64,000 nt of DNA from Acidimicrobiales bacterium. GTDB taxonomy: Bacteria; Actinomycetota; Acidimicrobiia; Acidimicrobiales; CATQHL01. Where the stretch lies: NCBI GenBank assembly GCA_965237375.1, contig CBDEFI010000001.1:448509-512508 (forward strand), in the 5' to 3' direction. A program made the translations under genes and the position numbers. Position 1 is the first letter of the stretch; each line of letters opens with the position of its first letter. Below the pieces are notes generated by a model. It saw only the letters and a program-made list of their open reading frames with translations, did not search any database and had not been told where the DNA came from. Of the stretch, positions 28,372 through 35,168 are shown piece after piece.

Positions 28372-28857
28372 TTAGGGCCGGCGGCCGATGGGGTGCATTG
28401 TCGACCGGTGAAAGTCCTGCGTACCGGCTGCCCGCAGCACCATTTCGGCAATCCGCCAGCCGTCCGCCGTGCGGCGGATGCGGCAGTGGTACTGGGCCCA
28501 GAGGTAGCCGTCGGGAACCTCGCTGCGGTAGCGGGCCCAGGCGTACACGTAGGCAACCACTTGGACTCCATCTGCGCCGTCGGGGCTGATGCGCACGTTG
28601 GAGATGTGGTGCGATGTGGCGGCGAATGTCTCCTTCAGCCCACGAGCCACGGAGGAGATGATGTTGCCGCGACCGACGACGTTGGGGAACTCCGGCCCGT
28701 AGTCGATGACGGCGTCGTCGGAGAATAATCCGGCCACTTCGTCGGGCTCGTTGCGGTCGAAATGCCACGCGTAGGCGTACACCAGGTCGGTGATCGCGAC
28801 CCGGTCGGCGGCGTCGAGCGGGGCGGCGGGGGGATCCTCGACGGGCACGGGTGTCAC
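28372..28857 (-). CDS. SnoaL-like / NTF2-fold protein, paralog B
   Basis: GTG 28857 gives a 161-aa product collinear with paralog A (VTPVPVEDPPAAPLDAADRVAITDLVYAYAWHFDRNEPDEV..). The track ORF extends to 29166 without support. Confidence 0.65.
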   Translation of the reverse strand: MTPVPVEDPPAAPLDAADRVAITDLVYAYAWHFDRNEPDEVAGLFSDDAVIDYGPEFPNVVGRGNIISSVARGLKETFAATSHHISNVRISPDGADGVQVVAYVYAWARYRSEVPDGYLWAQYHCRIRRTADGWRIAEMVLRAAGTQDFHRSTMHPIGRRP

Positions 28858-29348
28858 GGGTGGTTGGTCTCGGACGCGGTCGAGCAATTCATCGGCAGCG
28901 CAGGCCGGGCCACTGGAACTTGGATTCCGGCCCCGGATCGGGGTCCGGAACATACCTTCGCCGGAATGACCGAATAGGTGGACTGCGTCATCACTCGGCA
29001 CTGGTCTAGTCGAAACGCCGCCCCGGCGCCGAGGATGCGGCCCATCGGCTGCGGGCTGCGGCACGGCGCGGACCGCGCTGTCGATACACAGCCCGTGGGA
29101 TCGTCCGCTCCGCACGCAGGCCGGATCGCTCTTGCATCCACGTCGCGCCGCATCTCGCGTTGTCAATAGACAGAATAGTTACTAAAATATCACTAAACTG
29201 GCTTAAAGCGGAGGTTCACAAGGAGTGTCGCACGTCCACCCGACAGCCTCCGACGCGCCAGACGGCGGTGAGTCGGCGGACCATGCCGTATCGGAAGAGC
29301 AGACCGTTGGGGAGCGCGCCGGCGATGATCCGGCCGCAGGAGTTGGCG

Positions 29349-29354
29349 TAGAAT
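29349..29354 (+). promoter_or_regulatory. -10-like hexamer TAGAAT placed for a leaderless antitoxin mRNA
   Basis: TAGAAT ends 6 nt before ATG 29361 and no SD lies between. An AT-rich tract at 29161-29215 is upstream. Confidence 0.35.
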
Positions 29355-29360
29355 GGAGCG

Positions 29361-29609
29361 ATGAAGATGCGTATCGGCCTGCTGAGGGCAAGGATTCGTC
29401 TCACGAGACTGATCGAGAATCTCGAGACGGACGACGTGGTACTGATCATGCGACGGGGACGCCCGATCGCCCGCCTGACGCGTCCGACCGACGGGGATAT
29501 CCGGCCGAGAGGGCTCGGCTGCATGATCGGCGAGGGCACGGTCACCGACACACCGCTGGAGTACTGGAAGGAGAGCGACAAGGAGGTTCTCGCCGACTTC
29601 GGACTCTGA
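29361..29609 (+). CDS. Phd/YefM-type antitoxin
   Basis: 82 aa; ..LLRARIRLTRLIENLETDDVVLIMRRGRPIARLTRP.. matches the Phd/YefM N-terminal pattern (..L..V..GE.v.ItrrGkPvA.L.p). It overlaps the PIN gene. Confidence 0.65.
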   Translation: MKMRIGLLRARIRLTRLIENLETDDVVLIMRRGRPIARLTRPTDGDIRPRGLGCMIGEGTVTDTPLEYWKESDKEVLADFGL

Positions 29610-30016
29610 TCCCCGATCGGCCCCCAGCTCTCCTTCTGGACACCCACGTATTCGTCTGGTTCGTCAACGATCCGGAGAAGCTCCCGCTAGAGGTCAGAGA
29701 CCTCATCGGCAGCGCCCGCCGTGTCTCGGTCAGCCTCGTGGCGCTCTGGGAGATCGTGATCAAAGAGTCCAAGGCTCGGCCCATACTCCGCGTCAGCGAC
29801 GCACACGGTTGGTTCGTGCGGGCCATTGACTACGCCGGCTTCCATCGCCTGGGCATCCGGACGCGTCACGTGGGCACGGTCCAGAGCCTGCCGCTGCACC
29901 ACCGGGATCCGTTCGACCGCCTGCTCGTGGCGCAGGCCATGGTTGAGGAGATGCCGATCGTCACCGCGGATTCGGTTCTCGAGCGCTACGACATCGAGGT
30001 GATCCGGGCGTACTGA
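29606..30016 (+). CDS. vapC: PIN-domain toxin (VapC-like); start codon uncertain
   Basis: LLLDTHVFVWFVND....SLVALWEIVIK....HRDPFDRLLVAQA..MPIVTAD are PIN acidic-residue motifs. The only in-frame candidate near the N-terminus is CTG 29606, overlapping (CTGA) the antitoxin stop. Confidence 0.7.
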   Translation: MIPDRPPALLLDTHVFVWFVNDPEKLPLEVRDLIGSARRVSVSLVALWEIVIKESKARPILRVSDAHGWFVRAIDYAGFHRLGIRTRHVGTVQSLPLHHRDPFDRLLVAQAMVEEMPIVTADSVLERYDIEVIRAY

Positions 30017-30096
30017 TCGGCGCTGGGGGCTCGATGCCGCGCCATCACGCCGACACCGCCACCTGTCGACGCCGCGACCGGCCGTCACGGGCCATA

Positions 30097-31041
30097 ATGC
30101 AGCCCATGCGCTTCGGATTCTGGCTCGACACCAGCAACACGTTCACCCACATTCAGCACGTCAGTCAGGTCGCGGAGGCGGCCGGCTGGGACAGCGTGTG
30201 GATACCCGACCACTTCATGCCGCCCCCCGAGGGCTACCCCATGAAGACCGACTACCCCGACGGCGAGCCGGAACTGGGCCCCGTGCAGGAAGCCTGGGTG
30301 CTGGCGGCCTCCCTCGCCGCCACCGTGCCCCGCGTCCGTCTCGGGCATCTCGTGGCCGGCAACACCTACCGCCACCCCGCCGTGACGGCCAAGATGGCCG
30401 CCACCGTCGACCAGGTCTCCAGCGGGCGCTTCGTGCTGGGCCTCGGCGCCGCCTGGCAGGAGAACGAGCACCGGCGCTACGGCATCCCCTACGCCACGGT
30501 TCGCGAGCGGGCCGACCGCTTCGACGAGGCCTGTGCCATCATCACGAGCCTGTTCGCCAACGCCAGGACCGACTTCGCCGGGCGGCACTACCAACTCGAC
30601 GGTGCCCCGCTGGAACCCAAGCCGGTCGGGCACCTCCCGCTCCTCGTCGGCGGTGCCGGCGAGCGGCGAACCATCCCCACCGCGGCCCGCTTCGCGGACG
30701 AGTGGAACTGTTGGGGCACGCCCGAGCGGATGATCCAGAAGATGGCCGTCCTCGACCGTGCCTGCGCCGACATTGGGCGAGATCCGGCGGACATCGTGCG
30801 CTCCGCCGCCCTGCTGCTGGATCTGCGCGACAAGCCTGCCGGGGCCGCCGAACGCGCCGAGGGTACCGCCGCGCCCCATCCCCGCCTGATCGGCACCGTC
30901 GAGCAGATCACCGACGTACTGGCGCAGTACGACGCCGCCGGCGTCGCCGAGGTCATCATCCCCGACTTCAACATGTCCACCGACGAGACCCCCGACGTCC
31001 TACGGCGCATCGCCGAGGAGATCATCAGCACCTTCCGCTGA
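30097..31041 (+). CDS. LLM-class (luciferase-like) F420-dependent-type oxidoreductase
   Basis: Motifs MQPMRFGFWLD..AAGWDSVWIPDHF and LGLGAAWQENEHRRYGIPY. Confidence 0.8.
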   Translation: MQPMRFGFWLDTSNTFTHIQHVSQVAEAAGWDSVWIPDHFMPPPEGYPMKTDYPDGEPELGPVQEAWVLAASLAATVPRVRLGHLVAGNTYRHPAVTAKMAATVDQVSSGRFVLGLGAAWQENEHRRYGIPYATVRERADRFDEACAIITSLFANARTDFAGRHYQLDGAPLEPKPVGHLPLLVGGAGERRTIPTAARFADEWNCWGTPERMIQKMAVLDRACADIGRDPADIVRSAALLLDLRDKPAGAAERAEGTAAPHPRLIGTVEQITDVLAQYDAAGVAEVIIPDFNMSTDETPDVLRRIAEEIISTFR

Positions 31042-31048
31042 TCCGCCA

Positions 31049-34000
31049 TTACTGCTCGGGTCGGCAATAGCCGGGTGGTCCTGCCGGGGTTCCTGTCTGA
31101 TAGATCCAGTCGAGATCGGCGTCGGAATCCTCGTACTCCCGCACGACCACCGTGTACGGCCCCCACGCGCGGACGCTGAAGTCGAACACGGTGGGAGGAT
31201 CGACAGGCAGTTCGGTGATCACGCGAGAGCCGTCGTGCGCATAGACACTGCTGTACGAGTCAGGTGAGGCATCCGACGCTCCGCCCCTCTCCCCATCCAC
31301 CTCGATCACATAGAACGGATGATCGAGCCGTACCCGGTAACGATCGATCCCGCCCGGATCATCGACCTCATGGACCTGCCCCGGTTCGAGCGGTGTGGCC
31401 AAGTCCCAGGGGTCGACGTAGTCGTCGCCGAGTTGTGTGACCTCGAGCGTGTAGCTCTCCGGCCCCTCGAAGCGGCGCCCCCTACCCACCAGGACCCAAT
31501 AGTCGCCTGTGCGGGTTGCCTCCCAGATGCCCGGCTTCAGAAGAGCGCAGCCGCTCTCGGTCAGAACGGCAAGGCTAGGAGAATCCTCGGAAGCGCTGTG
31601 CACCGTGAACTCATAGGTCTCTCCCTCAACCAGAGGCAGCTGGAAATAGTCACTGTCGCCGCCGTAGTCGATCCCTCCGGTAATCGTCGTGCTGCCCGGG
31701 CATCCCTCGCCAGGAGTCTCACTCTCGCACACCGGATCCGGCGACTCCGGAGTGGGCAGCAGGTGAGCCTGTCCCCGCGAACCGCCGTAGTCATCCTGCA
31801 CATCCAACCGTTCAACGGTCAAGCTGTAGTCGCCGCTGGAATCAGGGCTTCCAACCGAGATGAACCACACCCCGTCCACCGGCGTGGTCAGGAATCCTGC
31901 CTGGCCATATGCCAGCGTCGCGACCCGATCGCGCACGTCTTCAGTGCCCTCGAAGAACTGCACATCGTACCTAGTCCCATGGTACGACCTCGCTAGGCCT
32001 ACCTGCCATATCTCGCCCGACTTGACGCTGAGCCGGAATACATCCCGGTCGTCCACATAGTCGATGACGCCCAGTTGTGCCTCCCCCGGAACCAGTACGG
32101 AGGCCTGTGCGAGATCGTTTCCGTGATCGTCAGACTCGGCGACACTAAGGGTGAGTTCGTATTCGGCTGGCGCCCGGTAGGTCTGGTACGAGTAGATCCG
32201 TGGGGACAATCTGATCCCGAATTCCCCGCTCTCCGCGGCGGTCCATGCAAGATGCCCCTCCCAGCAATCCTCGCGCAGTGCGTGATCCTGATCGGGCCCA
32301 TAGATCTGCATACAACCCCATCGCTCATTCGGGGACCTCACGAGCCACGTCTGCCCTTCAGTGGCCTCGACAACAAACCAGTCAACATCGTTCCGCGAGT
32401 TCAGAGAACCGGCAATGACATCGCTGGCGGAAACCGGCGAGGCTCCCGACCGGAGATCAGAGAAATCGTCCGCCGTCAGGATCGCAATCTCGAACCCGTA
32501 GGCGAACGGCTCCAGGAATGGGCTCTCCCGACCCCGCGTTACCTGAATGTGATACGTCCCGGTCGTCGTCGGCACGTAGTCGATAGAGTCGTCCCACTTG
32601 CGCCACCGGTCCAGCACGGTATCCCCATCCCACAAGCTGATCGTGGCGTCCACGTCCCAACTCGGCGGGTTGTAAGACGCCGCCTGGTCATAGGGTCTGA
32701 TCCGGTACTTCACGCCCCTCTCCAACTGGAGAGCGAACCAGTCGCTGTCCAGGAAGTACCCGACGTGCCCCTCCACCAGAGCCTGCTGGATGCCTTGCTC
32801 CACCCCTGATCGAGCGCGCTTCTCGGCCAACTCCGCCGCCCTCGCCGGGAGTGCCTCCGGGTCGAACGTCACCTCCGCCGCCTCGCCGGGCGAGTCGCCG
32901 TAGTCATCCACAACTATCTCAGTCACGGTGTACCCCAGCTCATAAGCGAAGGGGGCCGCCCACTTCCCGGATATCCGTATCCAGTATGTGCCGGGACTCG
33001 GCACAGTCCACAGCCCGCTACCCAGGCTCGCCCACTGCTGGCCATAGTAGGGAAAACCGCTGCTGAGAGCAGGCACATCACCGCTCTCGTCGAAGACAGT
33101 GATGTTGAAGAATCCATGTCCTGACTGGCCCGAAGCGATGCTGTATATGAGCTCCGGGACGGCTTCGAAGGCGAACCAGTCAGAATCCTGATCGGTGACC
33201 GAGCCTCTCACCGTCTCGGCGACTTCGATCGGCGACGCGGTCGCACGATCGTCCCCGTGGTCAACCTCCTCGTTGGCGACAAGACGGAAACGATAGGACA
33301 GGATGCGCGGACGAATAGCCGAGAACATGAGATAGAGGACGCCGTTCTCGGCGATAGCGAGGCTTTGGCGCGCGTCGTCCTTCCAGCCGTCACCCACGAA
33401 GGAAGCGTGCAACGATCGTCCACCGTAGTAATCGTCGGCCGGCACGTAATTTCCGGAGTCTTCGTCGAGTACTTCGAACTCCACGTTGTACACCGTGCCG
33501 GCCGTGACTAGGAACTGGAACCAATCAGTATCCGTCAATGCGTCCAATTCCGCCTGAATCCAGTCACGGGATCGGATGAGAGTGGCGCCATCCGGAGCAT
33601 CGGAGTGATCATCCGCCGGCCTCCGGCTGACTGCGATGACGTACTCGGTGGGATAATGCCTGTCGTCTTCTGAACGCCGGTTACTTACCTTGATGAGGTG
33701 AGGGCCGCTTTGCCTGGCCTGCCATACGAGACGACCAATTCCGGGCGCGATCAACTCATCTCTCTCAAGGTCATACCAGTCGCCGTAGCTGACCTGGCTC
33801 TCTTCGCTGTAGAGAGCCACCTCTGGAAATGCTCGGTCCTCCTCAAGGGCATAGGCGTCTACGACGTAGCGTTCACCCTGAACCATGTCCACGTAGAACC
33901 AGTCCTCGTCGTGTGTGTAGTTGAGGCTGGCGGTCCGCTCCTGACCGGGCTGAAGCAAGGTCGCACCGACGGGGATATTCGAGTGGTCATCCACGAGTAT

Positions 34001-34906
34001 CTCGAACTTGAGGGTGTAGGTGTTCGGCAGCCCGTAAGAATTCGAACCCGCTTCAACGAGCGCGGCATATCGACCAGTCTCCTCCATATGCCAGGGACCC
34101 GGGTCGAAAACCCAGTCGCGGGAGGACGTGCCCCACTGAACGAGATCGGTCAGTTCGAACTCGTCGGCACTGCCGTCGCCATCCTCGTGAGCTGTGGTGA
34201 GCATGTACAGCCGGAAGGACACCCCGTAGGACTTCTCCGGCTCTCCCTCGATCCAGATCTTGAAGAGGTCGCCTGCCTGAGCATCGAAGACGAGCCAGTC
34301 CTTGTCACCCTCATAGTCGATCGCTCCGGTGTATTCCGTGGCAACCGCGAGATCGATTTCTGTGGCAGCGGACGGCTCATCCCCATGCTCGTCATCGATT
34401 CGGTTCACCGCGATCATGTACTCGCCGGTCGGATCGTACGTCGCACCCACAATGCGCAGGTAGTACGTCCTTTCTTCGGCGCCGCGCAGCAACGACCAGT
34501 GGGTTCTGAGCGAGTCGGGATCGGCTTCGGTGGCGATCTCTGCTCCGGTGGCGTCGTGGAGCGAGAGTTCGACGGCGACATCCCGGGAACTTCCGCCCAA
34601 CCTGCCGCTGACGATGATCCGGTAGTCCTGGCCTTCGTGGGCCTCGAAGCGGTACCAGTGGATCTCGTACAGATCGGCGAGTTGCGCAACATGCGATTCT
34701 CCGTCGACGACGAGGACCACTGCGTCGGTCGGTGGCCCCTCGGGGGTCGCGGCATCGGAGGTCTCAGCCACCGAACCGTCGTCCAGAACCACCAGAGCGG
34801 ACGACGACTCGGTGCCCGCGCCGCTCACCGCGCACCCGACCGGCAGGACCAGAGCAGCGAGCACGCCGCAGAACGCACGAAGCCCGGGGCGGTCCACTGT
34901 CGGCAT
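31049..34906 (-). CDS. giant secreted lipoprotein made of about ten PPC-like (pre-peptidase C-terminal type) repeat domains
   Basis: ATG 34906 gives MPTVDRPGLRAFCGVLAALVLPVGC|AVSG (lipobox). A recurring module begins (D)DHG/DDY.. and contains DxDW[FL]xFxxxxGxxYxI (DKDWLVF, DEDWFYV, DTDWFQF, DSDWFAF, DSDWFAL, DVDWFVV, DRDVFRL, DSDYFQL ..). No catalytic domain is recognisable. The 334 upstream codons of the track ORF run antisense through the RCC1 gene. Confidence 0.75.
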   Translation of the reverse strand: MPTVDRPGLRAFCGVLAALVLPVGCAVSGAGTESSSALVVLDDGSVAETSDAATPEGPPTDAVVLVVDGESHVAQLADLYEIHWYRFEAHEGQDYRIIVSGRLGGSSRDVAVELSLHDATGAEIATEADPDSLRTHWSLLRGAEERTYYLRIVGATYDPTGEYMIAVNRIDDEHGDEPSAATEIDLAVATEYTGAIDYEGDKDWLVFDAQAGDLFKIWIEGEPEKSYGVSFRLYMLTTAHEDGDGSADEFELTDLVQWGTSSRDWVFDPGPWHMEETGRYAALVEAGSNSYGLPNTYTLKFEILVDDHSNIPVGATLLQPGQERTASLNYTHDEDWFYVDMVQGERYVVDAYALEEDRAFPEVALYSEESQVSYGDWYDLERDELIAPGIGRLVWQARQSGPHLIKVSNRRSEDDRHYPTEYVIAVSRRPADDHSDAPDGATLIRSRDWIQAELDALTDTDWFQFLVTAGTVYNVEFEVLDEDSGNYVPADDYYGGRSLHASFVGDGWKDDARQSLAIAENGVLYLMFSAIRPRILSYRFRLVANEEVDHGDDRATASPIEVAETVRGSVTDQDSDWFAFEAVPELIYSIASGQSGHGFFNITVFDESGDVPALSSGFPYYGQQWASLGSGLWTVPSPGTYWIRISGKWAAPFAYELGYTVTEIVVDDYGDSPGEAAEVTFDPEALPARAAELAEKRARSGVEQGIQQALVEGHVGYFLDSDWFALQLERGVKYRIRPYDQAASYNPPSWDVDATISLWDGDTVLDRWRKWDDSIDYVPTTTGTYHIQVTRGRESPFLEPFAYGFEIAILTADDFSDLRSGASPVSASDVIAGSLNSRNDVDWFVVEATEGQTWLVRSPNERWGCMQIYGPDQDHALREDCWEGHLAWTAAESGEFGIRLSPRIYSYQTYRAPAEYELTLSVAESDDHGNDLAQASVLVPGEAQLGVIDYVDDRDVFRLSVKSGEIWQVGLARSYHGTRYDVQFFEGTEDVRDRVATLAYGQAGFLTTPVDGVWFISVGSPDSSGDYSLTVERLDVQDDYGGSRGQAHLLPTPESPDPVCESETPGEGCPGSTTITGGIDYGGDSDYFQLPLVEGETYEFTVHSASEDSPSLAVLTESGCALLKPGIWEATRTGDYWVLVGRGRRFEGPESYTLEVTQLGDDYVDPWDLATPLEPGQVHEVDDPGGIDRYRVRLDHPFYVIEVDGERGGASDASPDSYSSVYAHDGSRVITELPVDPPTVFDFSVRAWGPYTVVVREYEDSDADLDWIYQTGTPAGPPGYCRPEQ

Positions 34907-35168
34907 GGAACCCACCCCCCTGCAGGCGCAAGAATCGGCCCCGGATCCGGCCGCCCGCATCAACTCCGGATCCGATGCCACCCAGACTGTAACGCCGGCA
35001 CGCTCCGGAGTCCGATTCGCGCGCATGCCGACGCAGCCCGGATCGCCCGGCAGGCAAGGGGTTGACGTGCCAAGGTGGTGCCGCCGCAGAGCCACGGGCG
35101 CTACGGTCGAGTCGAAGCTGGCGGGATCCCGACGAGTGGCGTGACCGGGACGGATAGGGGGATGCGCA

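Noticed and set aside
28858-29166. N-terminal extension of SnoaL paralog B to a 264-aa protein
   Set aside because: The extension has no counterpart in paralog A, is Arg/Pro/Ser-rich, and lacks motifs. GTG 28857 reproduces the 161-aa length of paralog A exactly.
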